In this document: in pieces, positions 9,449 through 20,499 of the stretch
Position numbering within the stretch: the first letter of the stretch is position 1
How the letters are laid out: each line of letters begins with the position of its first letter
Source: Ginkgo biloba
Lineage: Eukaryota > Plantae > Ginkgophyta
Assembly: GCA_024626585.2 (NCBI GenBank)
Contig: JANKJI020000002.1
Coordinates: 98,887,870 to 98,910,734 of the forward strand
Reading direction: 5' to 3'
DNA: 22,865 nt
Made by a program: the position numbers and the translations under genes
The notes under the pieces: generated by a model
Seen by the model: the letters and a program-made list of their open reading frames with translations, nothing else
Told to the model about the DNA's origin: nothing
The model's database searches: none

Positions 9449-10187
9449 TGTTGACTGCTTCTTAGTCTTTTACCGCTGCAAGGTCAGCATGCTCAATGGG
9501 TCGCCACTGAGTCTTGACAGCCCAGCTGTTGCTCTCACCAACGGTTGAGTGCTAGGGTGGTTAGACACATTGAGAAGCTAACTCAGAGATGAGCAGGCTA
9601 TCGATCAACATAGAATTATATAACAGTCATGTGCACAACGTTTAACAACTGTAAAAGTGCAAAATTTAAGAGAAATGACACATTGCTCAATTGTTGTTAA
9701 TTACTAGATAATGCATAACAGAGAGATAGACAATCTGATGAACATAATAGTTTGTATTAAATTTTTGTCTATGTTATATATTCATTGATAGATGATTGCA
9801 TGATGATTCCTGCCTCTTGGACGTTTACAATATATAGTGATAAAACAGTGCTAAGCTTCAAAGGAGGCACTACTACAAAATGAAGGGGTGTGCCCCTTTT
9901 CTTCTAACTAATTTGTTTAGGAATTTGCTAACTAATCGTTCACGGCTTTTGACTCTATCGTTCGTCGAACAATCCGGCATCGTACAGATGTCCCAAAACT
10001 CCTAGATCTGTACAGATTCAGTCACGAATTGTCTCATAAAGTGTCATAATAGCTTAAATGAGGATCCCTGGAACTCTAAGGGCATGTAGTCTCTCAAAGA
10101 GATGTCTAGGAATTGTAACTAAGGCCTTTCGAAAAATTTATGACTCAATAGAAGACTTTTGAACGGTATTATCTGGCATCCTCAACA
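9449..10187 (-). mobile_element. Complete 739-bp 5' LTR of an LTR retrotransposon; internal region lost in the gap at 9306-9405
   Basis: Perfect 6-bp inverted termini TGTTGA(9449)...TCAACA(10187). Minus-strand TATA-like CTATATA at 9831-9837, hairpin AAGGGG-TGTG-CCCCTT at 9883-9898, adjacent PBS, and relatively many intact CpGs. Confidence 0.7.
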
Positions 10188-11317
10188 ATAGCTTAAGTTT
10201 TTATATTTATGTGTTGTAACACATGTTGTGTTGTAAAGTGTCCCGAGTATTGTTATCGACAAACCCTTGTTTTAAGAGATAATAAAATCTGATTTTCTCC
10301 ATTTTCTTCTTAAATTTTTCCATCACCCATTCCAACATTATCTTACTTGAAATTTGAAAACTAAAGGGGATACTTAATAATTGAAACTCTTTTCCACCCT
10401 CAATTAGATTTCACCCTAAAGTTGAGACCTAATCCATGACATCTTCCATACCCTAAAAAAAAAAAAAAAAATACTCATGCAAGTTAATTTATATATATGN
10501 NNNNNNNNNNNNNNNNNNNNNNNNNNNNNNNNNNNNNNNNNNNNNNNNNNNNNNNNNNNNNNNNNNNNNNNNNNNNNNNNNNNNNNNNNNNNNNNNNNNN
10601 NNNNNNNNNNNNNNNNNNNNNNNNNNNNNNNNNNNNNNNNNNNNNNNNNNNNNNNNNNNNNNNNNNNNNNNNNNNNNNNNNNNNNNNNNNNNNNNNNNNN
10701 NNNNNNNNNNNNNNNNNNNNNNNNNNNNNNNNNNNNNNNNNNNNNNNNNNNNNNNNNNNNNNNNNNNNNNNNNNNNNNNNNNNNNNNNNNNNNNNNNNNN
10801 NNNNNNNNNNNNNNNNNNNNNNNNNNNNNNNNNNNNNNNNNNNNNNNNNNNNNNNNNNNNNNNNNNNNNNNNNNNNNNNNNNNNNNNNNNNNNNNNNNNN
10901 NNNNNNNNNNNNNNNNNNNNNNNNNNNNNNNNNNNNNNNNNNNNNNNNNNNNNNNNNNNNNNNNNGAATTTACAAATGCGATTTCGAAAAAAAAAATGTA
11001 CCTCTAAGTCAAATTTTCCATAAGCTTGAGATATGGGACGCTTTCCCTTAGATTCCACTAAGTTATGATATCTTCATCCATCATGTAATTAAGGACCTTG
11101 CCAATTATTGATCTAGACATGAGACAATTAATCTTCGGGCCTTGTCTTTAGCTGTGAATACAATCCCAAATCTAATATTATTCTCAAATGGAATCCCTTC
11201 AGACAAAATACTTTTCTCCATATCAAATCTTTGCCTGATCTCTTTACCTCTCCTACTAAATCAAATTCAATATTTCCATCTCCTTTTCACAAGGAATATG
11301 GTTACATTATGATTCTT

Positions 11318-11468
11318 GATATGTCCTTCCATACGAGATGAGTCATCTTCCTTGTATTATCAATTTGTTGCATAAATTTTGTGAGAATGCCTATCTTAAT
11401 CCTAGATATGTTCTTCCTGAGGAGATGAGAGTCATCTTCCTTGACATTAAAATTTATTGCATAAATTA
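11318..11468. repeat. Diverged direct duplication of about 60 bp, period 87 bp
   Basis: GATATGT(C/T)CTTCC...GAGATGAG(AG)TCATCTTCCTTG...AATTT(G/A)TTGCATAAATT at 11318 and 11405. Confidence 0.85.
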
Positions 11469-12732
11469 ACATTCTTCCAAGTTGGTTTTTTACTCCTTAG
11501 AACTTACACAAAAATCTTTTCCATTTTAGTAGTTGCATGCAAGGGATCACTCTTTGCTAATTATACTATTAAATAACCTATTTCACCATAAGTTTGTTCA
11601 AGGCAACCTTCTATTAATATTTTAGTGTACAATGATGTATAGGAGTGGATTTGCTAGCCTATCACAAGGCAACTTACTTGTGGAAAAGGCTTTGCTAGCT
11701 TAGTGGAAGGAAACTCAAGGGATGGAGGGTGGGTGGCAATGGCTTCACCACCAACAAAATATCTTATGATCAATCTATGCCTCTAAACATTTTTGAGTTA
11801 TGTGTACAACTTGATTATTGATGTACTCAAAATTGTGAAGGAAGCCAACATCTTTCATAAGCAAGCTTAATAGTCATCCAACATATGATTGTCAGTAGGA
11901 TGGTGCGCACCAAAAAGGGCATACATGAGTATCCTTTGCCAAACAAATGAAACCAACTCTGTTGTCTTGATGTTAATTTTCCAATCATCTATAGGAACTT
12001 GAGGAATATGTTGTTTGAGATGTGCCCACCCTGTATCACATAAATAAATGAAATCTCACGGTAGAAATGGATATGATAAAGAAGCATTGTTTTCATAGTT
12101 ATGGGTGAAATTTACCCATAAGTCTATAAGTAAATAACTTACAACTTAAACAATTGGCCTTCAAATGAAAGTTGCCAACTATGTAAGAAAGTAGTTAAAT
12201 TGAATCCACACTCTCTAGGTTTCCCTTTGATCCAACAAGAGTAATTTAATGATAGTTATTAAGAGTTTGCTCGCATGAAAGACTAAGTTCCTTCAATAAC
12301 AAAANNNNNNNNNNNNNNNNCTTTGTTTGGAATATCTATATAAAGGAGATTGAAAAGGCCATCTAAGGGTTTTAATGTTTCATGTAATAAAGTACGTGGA
12401 CTTGGCAAATAAATCTAATTCTTTATGAATACCAAGAAAATGGTGTAGTTTGTTTTGCAAATAGAAGCTTTATGGAACTATTAGAATTTAACAAATCAAA
12501 AACATCTTCAAAATGAGTCGAGTAAGATAATNNNNNNNNNNNNNNNNNNNNNNNNNNNNNNNNNNNNNNNNNNNNNNNNNNNNNNNNNNNNNNNNNNNNN
12601 NNNNNNNNNNNNNNNNNNNNNNNNNNNNNNNTAACTACAGTCTTTTGTAACTAGGATATCCTACCTAGTTGTCACTCATCTAGTCGATGCAAATACCCAT
12701 CTGTCTCCACTCAAACTTGTACTTCTTCATTA

Positions 12733-12932
12733 TCTTGGCAAGGTCCACCAAATGTTGACTAAATGGAGATCCCGGATGCAAAGCCCACCATTAGCAACGA
12801 GTTAGCATCACATTCATGAGGAAAGAATGCACTAATTACACATTCATAGATGNNNNNNNNNNNNNNNNNNNNNNNNNNNNNNNNNNNNNNNGTCGTGCAA
12901 CCCTCATTTATTATTATTTGATCATCAATACA
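12733..12932 (-). mobile_element. Candidate short LTR (12753-12932, internally gapped) plus PBS-like site (12733-12750)
   Basis: Minus strand reads TGTATTGA...AGTCAACA-TT-TGGTGGACCTTGCCAAGA, the same AGTCAACA-TT-TGGT junction as at 9449. The cognate tRNA was not identified. Confidence 0.45.
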
Positions 12933-13074
12933 TGGCGTAAATACCAACAACTAAGGCTCTCACACTTAACCCTAGATAATTGCTGTCAACTCTCGCATCT
13001 CTATCTTGTATTGACATTACAACCCCAAAAATTCATGCAAATCTTATCTTGGTAAGGGAGAATAAATCTAAATT

Positions 13075-13640
13075 GTCTTTGGAGGCTAGTGCATGCATTT
13101 TATAACTTTTAATGAGCACTCTAGCTAAAGTCATGAAGATAGGTAAATTTGTGAGTAGAAGGCCTAGGGAAATGCTCCAAGTAGGAGCACTTCCTCTTTT
13201 GATGTAATTTAAGGTAGTAAAATGTTGTAAAAGGCTCCTTGAAGTATGAGGGAAACTTCAAGGATAAGCCTAGCCCCTATGTGGTGTAGTGTGCCTTTCT
13301 TAAGTTATAAAAGGGGGCTTGTTCAGGCTTAGATAGCCCTTAAGACTCTTAACATTCTCTTCTGAAGGCTTTCTATCACCTTTGAACCATTTTTAAAATT
13401 CTAGCTAAAAACCCTCCTTATTACAATTCACATATTTTGGGCACTATCTACTTTTTGCATAGCTAGAACTAGGAGATCTTCTTCTACAATGATTTCTACT
13501 GCTTATTTTCATAGAGTGATTGCTTAGATCTTTTCCTTGGTTGGAGGTGACCTCATTGGAGGTATTATAACCAACTTTTGTAGTATTTGGAGACCCAACA
13601 AACCTCACAAAGGAGTTGCAACACTTGTGGGTGCCCAACA
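13075..13640 (+). mobile_element. Possible old LTR (left boundary uncertain)
   Basis: TATAAAAGGGGG at 13306-13317 and terminus GGTGCCCAACA at 13630-13640. The last 50 bp or so resemble the reverse complement of parts of 9138-9250. No clean PBS or TSD. Confidence 0.35.
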
Positions 13641-15518
13641 ACATTTTCTACCACTATTAGAGCGCTTATATTCTTCTTCTAAGCTAGTCGTTTCTCTTCT
13701 CTTGGCTAAATTTTGATGTCTTTCAACATTTGAGTATATTAGAAGTTATACTTCTTTAGTTTCTCTAGGTAAGTTGTGATCTTTTTAATTATTTCTTGAG
13801 TTGTGGCTCTATGTTTCATTGCTAGAATACATGATTAGAATAGTTTTATGCAGTTTTTGGATAGATTTATATTTATGTGTTGTAATCATATTTAGTGAGG
13901 TTCTAAGCTCAACAAATGGGTGGAATAGAACCCTAGAATCAGGGTGCCTTTAGTCATAAGGGTTATATAATTCATTTGATCACAATAGTGGTGTTGTTAT
14001 GAATTTAATTTATGCATGCTTGTAGAAATTTAATTTATGAAATTTTCCTACTCTCCCATTGTAAAATCCCTAGAGATTTGGCAAATAAGGCTCCAAATAG
14101 AGACCTTGCAGGGGATTCTTGTGCCTTGNNNNNNNNNNNNNNNNNNNNNNNNNNNNNNNNNNNNNNNNNNNNNNNNNNNNNNNNNNNNNNNNNNNNNNNN
14201 NNNNNNNNNNNNNNNNNNNNNNNNNNNNTATCAAAGGACGTCAAAAGAGTTTATTTAGAAGGTTATATGGGTGAAAGTAGAAAATAACTTGGAGGTGTGA
14301 AAATCTTAGTATAGTGGAAACAATATGTTAGTTTGTTCAACTCTTTTATTAATTAGATATGTCATATAAGTAGGTGAACACAATAAAACATATGCACATA
14401 TCATTTGTTATTAGGAAAATATTTATTAGATTCTTATAATGTTATTATATATTTAGTTTCTAAGTTAAAACATCACCATTAATGAAACTTGTTACTCACT
14501 AGTGCAATGCCTTATCAATGTTAGTATGATTCTATAAAAAACTTTGTAATCTAAAAAGGCATTATAGAGAAGATGGCTACCCTACAGATAAAAAAAATTT
14601 AAATTTTTTCTTGTTTAAATAATGTGTGTCATCACATGTCATTTAAGGTGGATATTTCTCAAAATGTAGCTAAATTACAAGCCCCACCTTCATTGATAGG
14701 AAGAACACAACTAGTTTCCAAATGTATCCCAAAATTTATTGGTAAATAAATCTCTTACATTATAAATTTTCTCCGTAAATAAAAGATAAGTGTTCAACAT
14801 ACAAAACCTCCAATAGTTTAATATTTAACATTGTATTAGACAACACTTTTTAGTAACTAATAAATTGATAGGCATTGGATTTATAAAACGATCCATTAAT
14901 ACCTTCGTTAATCAATATTATACACTTTTTAATCACTTTACCTATTTCTTGATCACAAATTAAAATGGCTAAAAGATACTACCAATAAAATTTTAATTGA
15001 TATTATTTAATTTAATCATAGATTAATCCTTTTTAAAAGGATCTCCTGACTTGGTTAAATGCTTATTGGTGCAAACATGGTATTATTAAAATTAAGCACA
15101 TTATAACAAGATTATAGAATATTTGTTGAAATGAACACACTCATATGGTTATAAATGCCATAATTTCTAGCAATGGGAGGCAAAGAAAATGCATTTGTTG
15201 CATTTTTTTAATTCTAGTCTTAGATGTTTAGAGATGGAATTGGAAATGCAACAATATGGTAGTAATTTTTTATATATTAATGCAACTCATTTTTAGTAGT
15301 TAATAGTACGATTAATGAAGATGAAGGATGACTAATTGCACAACATTATAACTATAGATGAAAGTGAATTAACTACTCCAATAGAATTTATTACTACAGA
15401 TTATGTGAGACAATAGTGATAATCAGAAAGAAAGAAAAGTGATTGTATAAGGAGCAAAAATACATTATTAGTGATTACAAAATGCATAATCGTCATTAGG
15501 ATTGCAATAGTTAAGAGC

Positions 15519-15700
15519 TTTTTAAAATATCCTCTTTGATGTTTGATTGTTTTCCATTGATTAAGAAAAATAGCCACTAAGAAATAGCACAAGTTAGCAT
15601 GCATTTAATTTTTTTAAAATATCCTCTTTCAATGGTTTACTATCTTCAAGTTTAAAAAAATGCAATTGCGGAAGAAATAACATGGGATACCGTGCATTTC
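15519..15700. repeat. Diverged direct duplication, period about 92 bp
   Basis: TTTTTAAAATATCCTCTTT at 15519 and 15611, each followed by AAGAAATA...TGCATTT. Confidence 0.7.
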
Positions 15701-16718
15701 ACAAATTCTTAATTTAAATAAGGATACATTTCACAAATGAAAAGAAATGGAACTTATAAAGCACCGAGACAATCCTTTTTCGAGAGTTGCTACTCTTCTT
15801 GCAATCAATGCATATTAATTACAAAAAGTTTTCAATCAAGAATAGGACTAAAGATGAAAAACCATGATTCCCACAACTTACTGTAGGGCCAAAATGTGTT
15901 TTTATGCAACACATTTGCATTACTCTATACAGTTATTTCTCTACTTAGGGTCCCAAAACTAAATGCCATCAAACAGTTACTTTAAATATGATCCAATCTG
16001 AAATCAAAACCCAATTGCCTTGAATTTTCATTCACAATTGTTCACTTCACTAACGGAATTGAATCACATCATTCAGTTGGTGCCTCATGGAGCCTCTCTC
16101 AAAATAGCTCAATAGCCATTTAATTTCAAACTTGTAAAACCCAAGCTACTATCTCAGCCTTTCACATACACTTTTATGCCTCATGAAAAAAGTATCTACA
16201 TCCCTTTGTTGCACTTCATATCATTTGCCTTATTCAAGGAAAGGTTTTCACTGTCTACTTCTTAATGGACAGTGTTTTCTATATTGATTTTGTAATGGGA
16301 CCCTTACCAGAGCATGCTCTTTCTCCAGAAAAGGAGCTCTACTCTTTTTTCATGATATCATGTAGATTGAAATCAGATATTGAATGTTATAAACTCCAAC
16401 AAGTGGTTCCCCCATGCATTCTCTCCATTGCTAATTCTGTATGGGGCCTTCAAGTCATTAGTATTACGTTGATGATCAACATGAGCAGCTAGAGGGCCAC
16501 ATCAATCCAAGGATTGCAAACACAATGTGGGTTTTTACATTTCCACGCAATGGAAGATATTCTTTTCTTAGTGTATGATTTGATTAACTTACTAGCAAAC
16601 TATCAAGTACAAATCAAAGTATATGTTCATATTACCAATAAAAATTTATTTTAACTTTCTTTTGTTTTGTTTTGTTTTGATTTTTAATGTTTTCTTAAGA
16701 TTAACTCTAGGCTCTAAC

Positions 16719-16785
16719 TTTAGACTAGGCTTTAATCTAAGATTTAGGCTAGGGTTTAATCTAGGATTTAGGCTAGGATTTTAAT
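16719..16785. repeat. 12-bp tandem repeat with alternating A/B units (24-bp period), running into a gap
   Basis: TTTAGACTAGGC TTTAATCTAAGA TTTAGGCTAGGG TTTAATCTAGGA TTTAGGCTAGGA TTTTAAT. Confidence 0.85.
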
Positions 16786-17371
16786 NNNNNNNNNNNNNNN
16801 NNNNNNNNNNNNNNNNNNNNNNNNNNNNNNNNNNNNNNNNNNNNNNNNNNNNNNNNNNNNNNNNNNNNNNNNNNNNNNNNNNNNNAAAAGCGGGAATAAA
16901 ATGAGAAGAGAGAGAAGGTGAAGCAGTGGGAATAGAAGTTAAATCTCTCTCGTCAGTCTCAAAAGAAGACGATTGGGAAGGTACTACATTGGATGTCTCC
17001 TATCCTCGAATGCATTTCTCCAATTATGCAACCTTTTTAACTATAATATTAGTTGCTTATGGTATTTTCACCTAATCATGCTCCTTATCTAGTTTTTGTT
17101 CTAGCCCTATCATATGCTGATAATAATTAGTTAACACCACTTGCTTCTCCCTCACCACAGTTGTCCTCGTGTGAGACAAATCTAGCTACAAGGTGTGTTG
17201 ATACTCCTCCTGAACCCTATACTACTCAACTGCCAAGCACTTCTCATGCTCCTCTTGCCACTACTATTGCTTAGCCTCTTGTCGAGTCCAGTGCTCGCTC
17301 GAAGAGTAGCCATCTCTATTGTCACCTGCTCTAGTTGGATCACCTATTTCTCTCTCGCCTCNNNNNNNNNN

Positions 17372-19085
17372 GCTTAGGCCCAACTCAATCAGTAGTGCCT
17401 CAATCTCCCATTCAACCTCCTCCATATAGTGGACATTGACCAATTGCTCCACATAACAAAGATTACCCTCCAGTCATACACATTGTATTTTCTGTACCAG
17501 GGGTCTTGTAAACAACTTTGCCTCCTCGAGGGTGGCCAACTTATTAATCTCACCAATGTTAACTCGTCAAACAATAGCATGTCCAATTCTTTAGATCCTG
17601 ATCAATCCTAGCAAGCATTTCCTCCTATTTGTCCCCCTAGCATTTCTAGAAGGCAACCCAAATCTCCTCGTGCAGTAGCCTTGTTTGAAATTCCCAAGAA
17701 GGGATTTGTCACAATCAATCCACTGCCTAAAGCAACTGTCATAATAAGACCATCACCTAGTTCAACAAGTTGTCTCTTGAAGTCATCCATCTACAAGTTA
17801 CTGCATCAAGGCCAAGAGACAAGCATATTTAGTGTGGAAGCTCCTCTACGAGCATTTAGCATTACACTCTACCTTTTGTTTTAGCATCCTATCCCTCTAA
17901 GCCCTCATGCCATAGGCCCTCTACTATACAAGGGATCAAAGTTTCTTCCTCTCCTAAAATAGTTTCCACGTCTCACTCTTTCATCTCATTCAACACTATA
18001 TCTAGAGTTGATCGAGGAAGGAAGGGGGGAGCATTGGCTTAAAGCATCAAAAGAAGTTGCACTAACTGCTAAGAAAGTGCCAACAACCACCTCTCAGTCA
18101 CCCTCCAAAAACAAATTCTCCCAAGGGTCACCAAGAGAAACTAACAATGAGGAAAAAGAGATATTCTCGCAAGTGGCTCCAACTGCCTCTGTGATTATTG
18201 AGCTCCTTGGTGTAGAAATTGGAACTAGGGAGTCTGTGGTTAGTGTACTCAAATTTGGCCCCATTCTCCAATGTTGGCGAGGACTAATTACCACTTCATG
18301 TACTTACTCAAAATCTATCATAAGCCCCAACTCCTCTTCCTCTTTCATGGGATCTAAAGTACCATCATTATCTTCAAGTTCCTAGTCAAGGATAGGATTT
18401 ATCCCTTTCCTATTGCTTGAATGTCCACTGCAAACTATATCCACCTCAGAATAGATGAGACCCCTGGCATAACAAGGTCAATGATAGAGCCAAAGATGTC
18501 ATAGTAGAATCCCATGAGGTACAATGAAAAATTGAAACCACAAGAGGACTTGTTCAACATCGTATTAAAACACAATGGAGTTTTTATGGAAAGGAACTTA
18601 CACCAATTTTAGCACCATCCCTATCGCAATCCCTCCATGTAAGGCACCAACCACATTGGCAAATCATTACATCTTTTCTCCCAAACCCACTACAAACATA
18701 GGAGAACAACTAGCATTTGGAGCTCTTCAATTCTTAAGTTGGACACTATGATGCCCCTATTCCCATGCCTTTGGTCTTTTGAGTTCCCTACCACACAAAT
18801 GTTGTGTCCAATTCTTTTCCTACTCGAGTAACCTCATCTTCTATATTGGCTAGTGCCAGCAAGCATTTAAAATCTTGGGGCTCATAAGATATACAAACCC
18901 CATTCAAACACAACACCCTAGCCTTAGAGTCATAAACCCGCACTAGTACCCAAGAATATTTGCGAGTATTTTAAGCATCGGAATATTAATGCACTGGGTC
19001 ACACTTGTTGTTTCCAACATAACCCAAACTCGAACATTGGAAAAAAGGCTTGCCCACTAGTTCCTTGACTTCAAAGAATCCACCA
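17372..19085 (-). pseudogene. Decayed 5' half of an L1-type LINE: ORF1 (DUF4283-like) followed by an APE-type endonuclease remnant
   Basis: Minus strand, in order across frameshifts: NVRVWV...KILA/KYSWVLVRVYDSKARVLCLNG and WVWEKRCNDLPMWLVPYMEG (ORF1-like WV...LP.W), then a low-complexity linker. Next come LWHEGL (SWNVRGL-like), ALMQ*L or LQET, GSGLIVTNP, and LEGNLCYVEQ...EEVEWEIEALLIELGL (GDFN.VE...W..L...LGL-like). All motifs are degenerate. Confidence 0.5.
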
Positions 19086-19244
19086 AATGTAACAACTTGC
19101 CCCTCTAATCCTGCAAAATAGACATGTTGGATCTGCAATTAAAGTAAAGAATGCATAAGAAAGCAAGCCAACTATGGTCATGCATTTTAGAATGTAAAAT
19201 AACCATAAATTAAGTACATATTAAAGGCCTATAAAAAATAATCA

Positions 19245-19445
19245 TTTATCCATGTTAACTTATGGTAGTTGTTATCCAATTATGTTTAGTTTTTAGGTTA
19301 GTAGAGGAAAGGATTGTTAGACCATTGTCGACTACTAGGTGAGATTCCACACACCTTTTGTTAGCCATGGAAATAACCTAAAGGCTTGAACAAAGTGTGC
19401 AACGAAACCTCTGGTGCATAAATGTAGTCGTCAACACCTAGTAGT
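19245..19445 (+). repeat. Dispersed repeat, copy 2 (homologous to 2625-2815), truncated by a gap
   Basis: Same ordered blocks as copy 1, including CAACGAAACCT...GCATAAATG. Confidence 0.7.
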
Positions 19446-19620
19446 NNNNNNNNNNNNNNNNNNNNNNNNNNNNNNNNNNNNNNNNNNNNNNNNNNNNNNN
19501 NNNNNNNNNNNNNNNNNNNNNNNNNNNNNNNNNNNNNNNNNNNNNCTTATTTAATGAATGGCATATAACCACCTGTTAATTTAAGTGGGTCCCACTGTGT
19601 CACCCATTTTTACCAACATT

Positions 19621-20335
19621 TGTTAGCAGATAGAGCAAGGGAGTGTTCGTTCACAACCAAAAGACAATGTTCATTCACAACTACAAAGGGCAGTGTTCGT
19701 TTGCAACTAGTCACAATGTTCACTCACAACCAAAAGACAGTGTTCGTTGTAGCCAATCATAGTGTTCGTTGTAGCCAATCATAGTGTTCATTCGCAACCA
19801 AAAGACAATGTTCGTTGTAGCCAATCATAGTGTTCATTTGCAACCAAAAGATAGTGTTCATTCACAACTAGTCACAAATGTCAGTGTTTGTTCATGGCCA
19901 GTTATAGTGTTTGTTTGTTTCAAGCAAACGAAGTCTACAAAGTTAACACAACCAGATTAGTGAAACTATTAAAACATTAACGACAAGAAGTTACAAAGTG
20001 TCAAAATTAAGCTAAGAACGTTTGATACCCTTATGTAAAGGGCACTTCAATGCCTATTTATGTACAACCATTATGGCATCAAGAGCATCCATCATATAAT
20101 CGATCAATCATATCAACAATCAATCATTCATTGTATACAAATAATGAATTTCTTTCACTGAATATTCAACTCTATGCACTTATGTGAATGGCAATATATT
20201 TTTGTCAAGATTCTCATGAATGCATCTAGTTGAATCCATCCCAGTGGTCAATGGCCTACACCCCCAGAACTCATAATGCAATCCTGAGGGTGAGAGCAGT
20301 AAGACTGCCATTCCATTCTTCGGGGACTGTCAACA
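19621..20335 (+). mobile_element. Probable 715-bp solo LTR related to the 9449-10187 LTR
   Basis: Termini TGTTAGCAG...CTGTCAACA (7/9 inverted match). Shares the ordered motifs GGGCAC, CTAT.TAT, CAAGAG, GGTGAGAGCA (20289-20298 vs 9530-9539 minus), AAGACT and GTCAACA with the other LTR. No PPT before and no PBS after. Flanks ACATT/ACCCT match only 3/5. Confidence 0.55.
19642..19920 (+). repeat. Minisatellite, 12 units (mostly 22-26 bp) with core ARTGTTYRTT and interchangeable tails
   Basis: Units start at 19642, 19666, 19692, 19715, 19739, 19761, 19783, 19807, 19829, 19853, 19883 and 19906. Tails CAACCAAAAGAY, GTAGCCAATCAT and CAACTAGTCAC recur. Confidence 0.95.
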
Positions 20336-20499
20336 ACCCTTGGGTGGCTATTTTACTGTGAACCATTTTCCCAGTGCAAATTGATTCCATTGCCTATAAA
20401 AAAAAAACATTCTCTTAGGGAGGTAATGACATCATGGCTAAAGATTTAGTCACCCTAGCTATTGTAGAGGTTGTCGCTTTTTGCTAGGGGTCTTCATCA

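Noticed and set aside
12099-12121. Hairpin TTATGGGT-GAAATTT-ACCCATAA as a terminator or element end
   Set aside because: Short and AT-rich with no supporting context; intrinsic terminators are not expected in plant nuclear DNA.
15880-16600. Coding-like stretch including ORF 16265-16492 (similar stretches at 6300-6570 and 11800-12050)
   Set aside because: No motif recognised in the frames I translated and no supportable splice structure. A translated database search is needed.
16719-16785. True telomere array
   Set aside because: No tandem TTTAGGG heptamers; the period is 12/24 bp.
18008-18385. 125-aa plus-strand ORF
   Set aside because: Non-ATG start, Ser/Thr-rich with no recognisable domain, and antisense to the LINE remnant.
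19642-19920. CRISPR-like repeat-spacer appearance
   Set aside because: The core is only about 10 bp, the spacer-like tails are short and recur, no cas genes are present, and the context is a eukaryotic LTR.
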